From positions 1 to 47,860 of the forward strand of contig JALJEE010001243.1 of the NCBI GenBank assembly GCA_023231475.1: DNA of 47,860 bases. The letters run 5' to 3'. A model generated the notes under the pieces. It worked only from the letters and a program-made list of their open reading frames with translations, ran no database searches and was not told where the DNA came from. Shown piece by piece: positions 11,056 to 23,229 of the stretch (its first letter is position 1; every line of letters starts with the position of its first letter). This stretch comes from Seison nebaliae (Eukaryota). The translations under genes and the position numbers were made by a program.

Positions 11056-13337
11056 ATGAATACTAAATTTGAGTTAGAACGCGCGCGCATCTATGACCAA
11101 TTAAAGGGTCAACCAAAAGTTTTGAGATTATAAACATTACTTTATACTCAACTAATTCAGGTTCGAATACCAGACCTTGAAGAAAGGAAACCGGTTTATG
11201 CAAAAGATAAGAAATATTGTAAACAAACTCCATCTAAATTGAAAGAGATCAATCGGTTAACATGAATTAAGCATACTGTTATTAATTGTATTTCTAACAA
11301 ATCTTCAACAGATATCGTCAATCATTAAAAATGTACATAAGTATAGAAATGTTGCAGGATGGATATTTTCGATCACATAAAGAAATTAGTGAATTGATTC
11401 GAATGCAGAATGCGAGACGAGAAGCATTAGGACCTGAACATCCAGAATATCTTCGAGAAAAATTAGAAGATAATATAACTCATATGCAGGTACTTAAAGA
11501 GAAATTAACAGCAAGTGAATATCATCGACAGGAAAGTTTATTAATTGTTTTTGAAATATGTTTATCGTCGATTCGTAATTTTAGATGATAATATTGGTGT
11601 CTATGATGCTTATTTCTATTTGGCACTTTACTTCCAACAAGTCAACGAACTTTGGTTAGTTGACATGTTTTTGAAGAAAGCACTGGAGACAGCGACTGAT
11701 GCTGAGATTGATGCGATTGGAGATTCGAAGAACATCTTCCAATTATGTCTAGCTGAGGCACATTGTAATTTGGGAGTAGCTGCTGAAAAGAATAGTTAGT
11801 AGAAAAATTTTATTTTATTTAAAACGAATATTTTATTAATAAAATAGCGAAATCGGCATTCTTCGACGAAATGGCATTAAGTAAATTAAATTTATTAGAA
11901 ATTGTCTAAATTCTGTATATTTTCTTTTATTACGTTCCTCCTTCCGTTCAATGTTCTTTCAATTATTTTCATATAAGTTTTTTTCGTAAACATTTTTTTT
12001 ATTAAAATTCCCGTCGGGATAAATTGAAATTTTTGATTGATCTTCTGAAATGACCTCGATTTAATGAATAAAATTAATTAATTTCTTTTTTGTCAGATGA
12101 AGCATCAGAAGCTCTTGACCACCATATGGAATGTTACAAATTAACAAAAGAAAATAGTGAATGGACGATTTCTGAAGAAGAGGCGGCTATGCTCAATAAT
12201 GATTTTCCGTTAAATTTGATTAATTCACATTCTATTCTTTCAATCGAATTTCTTCAAATTTTTCATTTAAATATTATTATAGATCATTGAAATTGTTATG
12301 GATGACAAGATATTCAAAGGTGAAATATTCGACAATTAATCAAGATGAAATGGAATGGAACAGTATCGATAATGACATTTTAAGAGCATATGATGCAATT
12401 AAGAACAAGAAAGAATATTCTAAACAAACGAACAAGATTGAGAATATGCAAAATGTTACAGCTGGATCGAATTTACATTCATTTGTTTGTAAGAATGTGA
12501 ATCGGATTCGTTTGAGAATTGCTGATATGAATCGAAAAAATTTGCCGGAACGTATAAGAAATTTGGAGTCGGCCTATGTTGTTGCAATTGAAAGTTTGTT
12601 TGCTTAAGATATATTGTTCTAATGGGAATATAGGTAATGATTCTGATTTGATATACTTAACGGCTTATTTCTTGGGAACGACTTATGAGAAATCGAACAA
12701 ACCAAAAGAAGCTCTTCAACATTTAACGAATTATTTAAAATATGCTTTTGAAAATGAGAAAACTGAAGAATATGGTGAGGCATGCGAAGCAATAGCTAGA
12801 TGCTATGAAAAGTTTTGATGTTTTTTTAATACCTAATACCTAATACTTAAATGAAATTTTTAAATTTTATTTAGACAAGGTGATTATTCTGCTGCAATTG
12901 AATATTTAGAAGAATATCTTAAAATGTCAGCAAAGAAAGAAAGTACAACTTTAGCTAAGGCTTGTATTTCTTTGGGAGAGATATATTTCCGCTTAGGACA
13001 ATATGCTAATGCTTTTAATTATATGATGAAATCATATCAAATAGGAAAACAACAATTAAAGAAATTGGAACATCGAGAACATATCGAATCAGATAAAGCG
13101 ATCGATATTCTTTGGTTTAATAAATGCTGCGTATCTTATGGAATAGCTGCGGCACATATAGTACTGGATGATTTTGAAAATTTAACAATTACACTAAATA
13201 ATGATAATTGCGAATCACCATCAGAAATTTTAGATAATCCAAAAAAGAGAGAAGCGAAAATAGAACTGTGCGATTGGCACGATGATTCTCAACTACCAAT
13301 TAGTTTCATACTTCAAGATAAGAACGAAGAAAAGTAA
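11056..13337 (+). CDS. TTC29: Tetratricopeptide repeat protein 29 (motile cilia/flagella), ~551 aa (562 with optional micro-exon)
   Basis: YRQSLKMYISIEMLQDGYFRSHKE, AEAHCNLG, GEACEAIARCY and AKACISLGEIY TPR helices. Introns 11119-11160, 11256-11311, 11536-11584, 11795-12096 (or split by exon 11848-11880), 12209-12282, 12594-12633 and 12812-12874. Confidence 0.85.
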
Positions 13338-14087
13338 ATTATTTCTTGTTTCATATAATTTTATTATATGTTTTATTTAATTAAATCGATAATACATATA
13401 TCATCAACTCTATACAAATTTATCGATAATGGAAGTTGAAAATTAATTCTCTTTTAGATCCTCTGACACGCAATCCGGTAAAATATCGTTTAGGGACAAG
13501 GCTGACAGGATTTTTTATTACTATTATGCTTGAAAGAACACCTTAAGGAACACTACATTCTTAAAACTAAAGTGGATAAACCACCAAATTTGTCCAAACT
13601 ATCATTCAAGAACTTGCCAAATTCTTAATAAATATAATAAAATCGATCTCTGAGAAATAATTTTAATCAGTTTATATTTTAATTAATTCCAAACGTTTCA
13701 AGGAACTACGTTAATATAATCGTTATAATAAGTTAATCTTAAATTGATGTAACTGTTATAATGGTGACAACACTGAAATTAACACAAGTAGCTCTTAATT
13801 CAGGAAATTTCTTCTGTTGATAATTTTCTTATTCCATGATAAAATACAAGAAAATTATTAAACTTATAGAAAGAGTAATATTTATTCGAAAATTATTAAA
13901 TCGATAGTACAAATTTTCTCCATTACACTACAAGAATAAAACATGTGTGAATTTTATTAGTTTGTGTTTTTATCTCCAGTGATTATCGACATGCAATTTC
14001 CATTTGGTTTAAATCGTTATACTTGAAAAGGATGAAATTCTCGAACATTAACTTTCTTTTGAAAAATCATTGATTTCGTTTTTATTT

Positions 14088-14809
14088 ATGATGGCATTCT
14101 GTTACTCTTGCAATCAAAGTATTAATACAAAATTTTTAATTAGTAGTTAATTTACCAATAAAATTTATTTCTAAAATCTAAAATTTCTTTTTAGCGTCGG
14201 ACAATCATAGCTGGCATGAAGATTGTTTAAAATGTGATTGCTGCAGTGCTAAATTAGCGCAATTAGGTAGCAATTGTTATTCAAGAGCGAATTTATTGCT
14301 TTGTCATCGAGATTATCTAAGGTTCAATTTTTTGTGCTATTAAACATTTGCTGTTGAAAACATTAAGAGAACTCTTTTAATTATATGACTATAGATTAAT
14401 AGCCTAAAATGTATAATACATTTGAATTCTATGGTTTATGATCAGACAATTTACACATCATTTATAATATTATTTGGTATAATGAAAAGTTTTGATTATA
14501 ATTCTGTTCTGTCTCTCGTTTAGATTATTTGGAGTACCAAGCGAATGTGGAGGTTGTGGAAAATTGATTTCTGCACACGAATTAGTAATAAATATTACGG
14601 ATCGACAATTGAACCAAACACAATATCATCCTAATTGCTTCAAATGCAACAAATGCAGCCATATGTTAGTAAATTGAGTTAATGAAATGTTTATAAATTA
14701 ATAATTTTCAATTCCAAATAGATTAAGGAAAGGTCAAAAGTTCAAAATAAATTTATTAAACGACATCTTCTGTGAAAAGCATTCATCATTATGCAATCTA
14801 GAAAACTAG
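14088..14809 (+). CDS. LMO: LIM-domain-only (LMO/Beadex-like) protein, ~137 aa
   Basis: Two LIM domains: CYSC...WHEDCLKCDCC...LLLCHRDYLRLFG and CGGC...YHPNCFKCNKC...IFCEKH. Introns 14146-14194, 14322-14523 and 14665-14721. An extra 5' exon cannot be excluded. Confidence 0.9.
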
Positions 14810-15591
14810 ATTGTAGTTATCTTCTAAATAATCCATTGCTTGTTGATCGTTCAATTTATACTTCTTTTTGATAAAACTCAATAAATAATTGTTGAGCGAA
14901 TCGACATCTGAAAATAAATAAATTTATAAAATTAAATAAATAAAAAGGAAAAAACGAACGCACGCAGTTATATTTTCCATCTTCAGTTATTCCAATATGA
15001 TCTGCACAACAAACTATTAGACTGCTGGGACATGGTTGTTCTTGAAGCCTAAAAGCAAGTTAGAAGACTTAACTGAATGATTATAAGAACTTGACAACTT
15101 TTCCATAGTTATCATAAGTTGGTTTCTTTGGCATTGTTATTTTACAGCATTTTTTGGTAGTAGTTAACGTATCATGTTGGAGAACAGAAATAATAAGTAG
15201 TAGAAAAAGATAAATGTGCATTCTCAATAAAATTTCTCAATTTCATTTCAAATATTTTCTCAACAAGTTCTTTTTACAATTACTTTCAGTTAATCATCTG
15301 GTCATTTTCACATTTGTCTCATATTTTCCACAATACATATCATAATAGTTCACATATTATTTTTCATTTTAAAATAATTGCAAAACAAAATGTTGGTGAT
15401 TGTACGTTCTCCAGTTACAATTGTTAGAGATCATAGAAAAGCTCAGAATTTGAGGAAAAACTGAATTGGAGAGGAAATGTAATAAGAATAATATGACAAT
15501 TCGGAGATAACCTGGGAAAATGTCGGATAACGCTTAGCTAGTACATCTTCGTGAAAATCATTATCAGAACTGTACGGAAATATTGAAAAAG

Positions 15592-16875
15592 ATGTCAGCG
15601 AAATCTGATGGTAAAGCGAAAGATTGTTCGAAACATGTGAGAATCGTCTTGTCATTAGATTCGAAGAGAATATTATTTAAATTGATGAGATTCATGGAAA
15701 CTAAGCGTGGTGCTAACAATACTATTATGATACCTAATATTATGAAATTTTTAAGTGAAGCTACCGGTTTATCTCGATCCACATTACAAACAGTAAAGAA
15801 ATTAGGGACAATGTATGGAATGCAAATGGGAGAAATGAAAGATCCCAAATTATTTACCTCTATTATCGACCGTGCTTTAAATGATTATGCGGAAGAAGGC
15901 AAGAACTTTTGTTTAGAGCATCTTTATAATCGTTTGATTCAAACCGGTGATTTACCAGAAATGAGTAAACGTATATTCGCTAAGACCCTATTGAGATTAG
16001 GATATCGAGCTACAAAAAAAGAAGGAAAATTATTTATTCGAAAGATGAGTCCAAAAGTTAAATCAACTCATAATAATTCGAATACTAAAACTTGTACTAA
16101 CAAGAATTCATCAGTTAAACCATCCGCTACTATAGACAATCCAACAAAACGTGCTAAAACTGATAAGAGTTTGGGAACTAATCCGAACGAAATTGGTACG
16201 AATATAAATGTGACGGATACGTCGAAAATGAATGTTGAATTAGATAACTGTTTGAATCAAGCAACAATTGATGGAGAGTTGGCATTTCAATTGGAGCAAA
16301 TTAACGAGAGTTGTATATCGAATATTCCTCAGATTCCTTCGGAGAATCACAATAATAATATGAATAATGAAACAATTCCGAATAATAATTTGTTGATCAA
16401 TAATTATTGTACGGATTATAATAATAAGCAAGAGAATCAATTCATTCCAAATGATACATACACTTTCCAACAACAATCAATACCGTATGATCTTCAGTTC
16501 TACCAAAATTTTTATTCAAATCAACAAGAGGAAATTGAAATGCAAAAACTTTTCAGCTCAACCGTTTTCTCCGAAAATAATAAAAGCAATAACCTTAATG
16601 GTAATTATGTGAATGATGAATTAGACATAATTTACAACAACGGAGAATTTCGTCGTATGGAAAATGAGAAAACTCAAATGCCATCTGACGAATGGTATTC
16701 GACGTATTCGGTGGGAATGGAATATGAGAATCTTTTTGATTCTCAAATGTTTAACTCTGATAATTTAGTTACAAGTAACAATTTGAATCCGAATAGTTTG
16801 ACGCCATTTAGTGTTGATCAAAATCCGATTGATCTGAATAATCGAACAAATTTAAATTATTCAAATCATCTCTAA
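15592..16875 (+). CDS. Intronless ~427-aa protein: transposase-like HTH/winged-helix N-terminus plus N/Q/acidic C-terminus
   Basis: First ATG at 15592. KFLSEATGLSRSTLQTVKK looks like an HTH and MSKRIFAKTLLRLGYRATKK like a winged helix. No DDE core. The C-terminal half is low-complexity. Confidence 0.75.
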   Translation: MSAKSDGKAKDCSKHVRIVLSLDSKRILFKLMRFMETKRGANNTIMIPNIMKFLSEATGLSRSTLQTVKKLGTMYGMQMGEMKDPKLFTSIIDRALNDYAEEGKNFCLEHLYNRLIQTGDLPEMSKRIFAKTLLRLGYRATKKEGKLFIRKMSPKVKSTHNNSNTKTCTNKNSSVKPSATIDNPTKRAKTDKSLGTNPNEIGTNINVTDTSKMNVELDNCLNQATIDGELAFQLEQINESCISNIPQIPSENHNNNMNNETIPNNNLLINNYCTDYNNKQENQFIPNDTYTFQQQSIPYDLQFYQNFYSNQQEEIEMQKLFSSTVFSENNKSNNLNGNYVNDELDIIYNNGEFRRMENEKTQMPSDEWYSTYSVGMEYENLFDSQMFNSDNLVTSNNLNPNSLTPFSVDQNPIDLNNRTNLNYSNHL

Positions 16876-17085
16876 CATCTTCGTTTTTCCCCTCTACAAA
16901 TGAACTTTGAAAAAATTTTTCTTATTTAACTTTTGATTTTGTTTACAATTTTCTGAATAAAGAAAATTTTCAATAAATTCAAATTAAAATAATAAATGTT
17001 GATAAATATAAATTATTTTTTCCAAAGTGACAAATATGATTTTTGAGGTAGATGTTTGGAAAATAGGAAAATAGTAACAAAAATC

Positions 17086-20000
17086 TTAAGTTTTATTAAT
17101 ATTTTTCTTATTATAATTGGGAATATATCGATCGTCCCAAGGAAGTTCATCTTCGTTGGCTGTTGTGCTCAATGATGCATTGTCATATATTGATGAGTTA
17201 TTCCTCAATTTCTGTAGAGTTCGATTAATAGATGTTGTTGCAAAATATTTATCGTTTATTGTTCCTGTCCCACTACTTTCACTTAAAGTTGCAGTTGACT
17301 CTTCTCTACTCACATCACCAGACTTCGTATTAGTTTCGTCTTTATCTGAAAGAGAAATTTATAAATTTTATTTAAATAATTAATTAACCTTGATAAGTAA
17401 AAGAATCCGATCGATTTTGTTTATCGCTCGAACAACCGCTACTTGTACAATTGTCACTTGTTGACATTGTGGACATGGATAATTCGTCACGTATTGTTTC
17501 CCGTTGTTGACGAATGTATCGATAATAATCACTCAACGATGATTGATCTGGTATCGTATTTTTATTTTCAGTTCCTTCTGAATTACTTTCATTACTATTA
17601 CTCTTCTTCATTGTTCTAGGATGAGCATAACAATTTTCCAATATCAAATTATTATTTCTACGATTCTCATTTGTATTAAATGCACAATTGATTGTATTAT
17701 TAATTTTGTTGTTATTATGATAATTTTGATGATCGAGATTCTTTTTTATATCTAATTTCGGTTTCATTGTTTGTCGTCTTAAGGAATTGTATAGTCGTTG
17801 AGTCGAACGGTTTGATGTTGACATCGAATCCATTGGTTGTTTTTGAAAACATTGATGATGATTTAATGTTCTCGTATCATTAATATGTTCGACACTCATC
17901 CGATTCGTTAAGAAAGGTATTCGATGAGACGGGAAATTCTTTAAATTACAATCGTCATTCAATTCCAAACAATCGACTGACATTGCCAACGGATTTGGAG
18001 TTAACGATTGTGTCATAACGATACCATTGTTTTGTAAAGGAATCAAATTTTTTTTTGAAATGTCAGCGGAATTGAGAATGGTTAATGGTTTTGCTGTTTT
18101 CAAAGTATATGAATTGATACCAGTGATATAATTTGTCGAATCATTTTGATTCGAATAAACAATCTCAACAGTTTTATTTAACGGTTCATGACAAGCAACC
18201 GTCCTCCGTAAGACATTTGGATTCTCTAAATATAATTTAATTTTAATTAATATTTTCCTATAAAAAATCAAACCATGGTTATCCTTTTTCTCGCCATCAT
18301 CACCATAAGAACCGTTGATACTCTTATAACCTTCATCTGATTCCGATAATGTTTTTTCCTGCTTTCAATCGAATAAATTAACGTGGAATATGAAAAAAAT
18401 TAAACTTTATAAATATTGAATGCTAAAGTATTTCTTGTTCCGTCGTTAGTTGAATTTCCACCATTTTCGGCAATTGATGGGAGAATCGAATAATTATATT
18501 GTTGTTGTTGCTGTTGCGATGATTGTTGTTGTTGTATAATATTGTCATTATTATTCTCACAATTTACAATAGAGTTTTGGTTTCTAATAACAATTGGAGA
18601 TAAATGATTTGTTTGATTCTGATTATTATCTTCAATTACCAAAAGTGGAGTATGTTCTGTGGTCAGGTTGATTGGCGACATATTTTTAGGATCAATTAAA
18701 TAATTAGTTTGATAATTTGGATGTAAATAATCCGAATTCGATTCATTGTTACACATTTGAAGATTCTTTATAGGAATTGTTGTCACTTTCTCACCATTTC
18801 GACAATTGAAATATGTTTTTACAGGAGCCAACGTCGATCGATCAGATGTTAATTCTGCAATCATTTTCACCTTATTCTTCTTGTTATTCTTCTCATTATC
18901 ATTATTACTCGATAATGATGATATGGATGGCGATGATGGAGATGATATTTTTCGTCCAACTAACCGATTATTTTTCTTCATTTGATTATTTTTCTTTTTC
19001 CGAATCGTACATAAGACAAGTGCGACGACGGATGATATTACGAGTAGAGCTACTATTGCCAATAACATGAGAATGAGATAGATTGATGAGGCAGTTAAAC
19101 CTAGTGCAGGTTTTACTCCGAATTTTAGATTTTTTGAATTTTCATTTTTGGACAATTTCTTCTCTTTAATTGACATCCGTTTATCGAGATTCTTTTCTGA
19201 AATCCGATAAGAATTCAAATGAAACTTCCCCGATCCATTGAAATGTTGATGTAGTTGAATATTGAGAAATTCGCGGAAATAATATTCAGTATCGAAATTC
19301 CTTAACCTTAAAATTTCTGGATTACAAATCTGATAATTGGAGACATATGATGACATGATACATAGATGGAAATATGTGATATTAGCACGACTGATTGGAT
19401 GACCTCGATCAAATATTTTAATACGATAAACATAAAGTCCCATATCTGATACAGTTGGTTGACGAACTCGATATAATTGTCCATCATCCGAAATTCGTAA
19501 TTCATAGACTTGGTTCGATGGCATAGAAACTTCAGCTGATTCTTGCGTGAAGAAATTACTATTTTTAGCTCTTAAATTTCTTGCATTCATTAACGAATGT
19601 TTTCTTCGTTCGAAATCAGTATAATCGTTCACATTGGACCGTTTTTTACGCGACCAATATCGATCGGAACCAAAATCATTTTGTTCGATATCGTCATCAT
19701 TTAAGATGAATAATGATGGTGTAAAAATACATTCGATATGATAATCGATATCTCCATTCATCTTCTCATCGATATCGAATGCTTGAATCTTCAATAATAA
19801 TTTCGCTTCATTCTTCATCGATTTCTCTATCCGATCATCATTCATGTCATTGATATGTAATTTATAAATTTGAGGTGTTGTCCTCCTCATCAAATCGTCG
19901 AAATTATAAAGTACTTCTCTAGCCGTTCGAATTTGATCTAAAATATTTGGTTGTTCATCAATCCCATAATAATAGTTCATTGGCAATGGAGAATATGTTG

Positions 20001-23000
20001 GTTCGAGAATTGTTGGAATATTATCATTCTCATCTTTAATCCAAATAATCATTGACGTTGTTGAATTTAATGCGATTGGATTATTATGCATATCATTCAC
20101 TTCGATTATACAATTAATATAAAAGAATTCTTCGCGATCAAACGTCCTCAACAATTTCAATGAACCATCATGTTGGTTTAATTGAAAATATCTATCAATT
20201 ATATATCTCGGCAATTGTTCATTTCTTTTCGTCACATATCTTTCACTCGATGACGATCCAGATAATGTGCCTGAAGATGATTTCTTCACATCTTTAGTTA
20301 CTTCACATGAAATTATTTTATATCGTTTCTGTGTATTCACTAAACCATCACGGTCACGTGCGGTGAATTTAATAAAAGTTTCTGGTGCATGAGTTTGTTC
20401 GATGGAAGACACATATGGAACGACGGAACCAGAACGATCTTTGATCATACAATTTTTCGAACGGAAACTCTCGTCATTCTCCTTAATTGTACATTCATAA
20501 AGAATATAATCGAATAATGGAATATTATCATTCACATCATCAATATTTACACGAATTTTAGCTATTCCAATATTTCGTTGCAATTGATAATATTTCAAAT
20601 TCCTTTCAATACTATGGAATGTTGGACGGAATTTAGCAGTCGATAATAATGAAGTTAATATAATAGGATGATTCTCATCATCATTTTCATTCGCATATCG
20701 ATCTGATGTTCGATAATGATAATTTGAATAAAATGGAGTGGTTGAAAATGGTTTATGACCAATATCATTTCTTTCTCGATAACCATCAATCGCATAAACA
20801 AAAAAATCGAATGTACTTCGTTCTTCATAATCGAGAATTTTTTTTGTTTTCAATCTTCCACTTTCATCAACCGAAAAATAATCTTTTGCTTCATCAGATA
20901 AAATGAGACGAACATTTGACGAATCCAAATCCCGTATTCGAATTCTCCCAATTTCCTGATGAATCTGATTATTTTCCTTCACAGCCATATTAATAATTCC
21001 TTGAATAAATAAATTATTGAAATTAATGATGGATGTAGATCCATTAAATTTCCCAATACTCTCCAACTGTTTCCAAATAGTTGAATGTTGTTCTAAAAAT
21101 TGATTTTGAGTCAATTTAATTGTAGCTGATGGATTTGGTGGTCGAACAGCATCAACAAATACCGGAATATTATTATTGTTATCTAAAATATGAATGATGA
21201 TTTGGGCGACCTCTTTCTTGTTTCTTGAACTTTTCGAATATTGAGATGATAATTCCGACGTAATCTCATAAATGACATTTTGGCCATGATGTAAACGATT
21301 TGGCGATTGGGTTAATTCGATCAAATATTTTTTCGGTTGTCGATATGATGATGATTGATGTCGTCCAGATGATTGAATTGTCTCACTGATTAACGGTTTC
21401 AATTTGAGGAGAGGATGATTTGTGCGTACGACTGGAAAAATTTGTTTAATTTTCAATTTGAACTTCTTTTCTTTTCTCTCATTAATCTGTAGAATAACTT
21501 GTCCAAGATTATTGAATCGTTTAGCATTCTCCATTACAAAGACTTGCAATAAATTGATATTATGTAATTTATATTGATCGTCATCGAATCGTTTAATTCG
21601 ACATCCGATTATTGAATATAATTTTTCCCTTAACAAACTTTCTGTTCTCAATTTCTTTTCAGCATCTTTCCAATCGTTTATTAAATTATCTAACAATTCA
21701 TTGTTGACTAAGGGAGGACATCTTAGCGATATTTCTGGTGGTTTATTTATAACTCGATCAACAATTATTGTTAATTTGGCAAAAACGGGAATTTTCCCTT
21801 CACCTTGATCAATCGCTTGAACTTTTAATCGATAAATCGATTTCTTCTCATAATTCAATTTTTCCATTAATCTAATTTCTCCAGATTCAGTATTAATATA
21901 GAACGGACCATAATGATCGAAAGTTTTTTGACGTTTCAGAAAATGATATTTGATAACCGAATTAATTCCATCATTGTCATCGTCGACAGCAAATATTTCT
22001 CCGATAACTCTTTTTAGCGGAGAGTCTTCTTTGACATGAATCTCATATTTACTCTTGTAATTAATTCTATTTTCCAATTCACTAATTTTCTTCATTAATG
22101 TATTACGATGGGCACCATATACCAAATCTTTCTCTTTCTTTAACATCTTCAATTTCTTATGATTTGTTGCATCTTCATTTGTTCCAACAAATTTTGGAAC
22201 ATTATCATTTCGATCTTTGATACGGATTGTTAATCTCAATTCATTCGTCAATTTATTGGAGGAAGTGATTGTTTGTTGATTACGTTTGTTTCCATCATAT
22301 CGATCAGCTATTATTCGATAATTGTAAATGCCTTGATATTCACGATCTAATGAATGAACTATCTTCAATTGTAATGATTGTCTTAACGACGACGACGACG
22401 AAGAGGAAGAGGAAGAAGACGAAGATGATTGATAAGATTTTAATGGAAATGAATTGAAAAATCTATTATTCTCGTTTGTTGTTGTTGTTATTATGAATGG
22501 ATGAGTATAAGTCGATTTGATGTGGACGTTGTCATTAATGGATGTTGATACAATTAATATATTATTCTCATCAAATAATCGATAAATTGTCTTCTTGTTA
22601 ATCGACGTATCATAATCGATAGCACTCGGTATTGGCCATTTCATTCCAATATTGGCATGTTCATCGATATCGATAGAAAACGAATTTTTTTCAAATATCG
22701 GAAAATTGTCATCTTCGTCTCTGACAAGAATCGTTAAACGAACGTGTATTTTCTCTGTCAAATATTTATTATTATTATTATTATTATTCTTATTGTTGTT
22801 GTTGTTTGAATGTGGACGAAAAGTGATGACGATAATTGAGTTCAATTCACATTTTTCACAATTACATAACTTTATATTTTGTTTTCTACCATCGATCAAT
22901 ACTGATTTCCTTCCACAAATATTTTCCAAGTCAATTTCATTCTTCGTTTTCATTCGACCTGTTAATCGATCAAGATGGAATAATTCTTGAATTCTTGGAG

Positions 23001-23229
23001 ATGTGTCGTCATTAAACGAATAATGAGGTCTCAATTGATCTTGTTTCCATTTAATTAAAACTAAATCATTCAACCTACCTTGGAAATCGACAACTAATGT
23101 CCCAATGGCAATATTTTCTCGAATTTCTATATTAATCTTTTTGTTCAGATAATCATTCATATTGACCACCACATTCATCAAATGATGGAATATTATGTAA
23201 TAAATTAATTGTCTATAATTTTGATTCAT
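17086..23229 (-). CDS. Protocadherin (about 7 cadherin repeats, TM, long cytoplasmic tail), ~2002 aa
   Basis: Linkers DEDDNFP, DRNDNVP, (RVINKPP), DNNNNIP, DVNDNIP and DENDNIP. LDRE/LDYE and AxDxD motifs; TM IYLILMLLAIVALLVISSVVALVLC. Exons 23229-18406, 18361-18274, 18225-17389 and 17345-17086 are joined by 44-, 48- and 43-nt GTT...AG introns. Confidence 0.9.
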
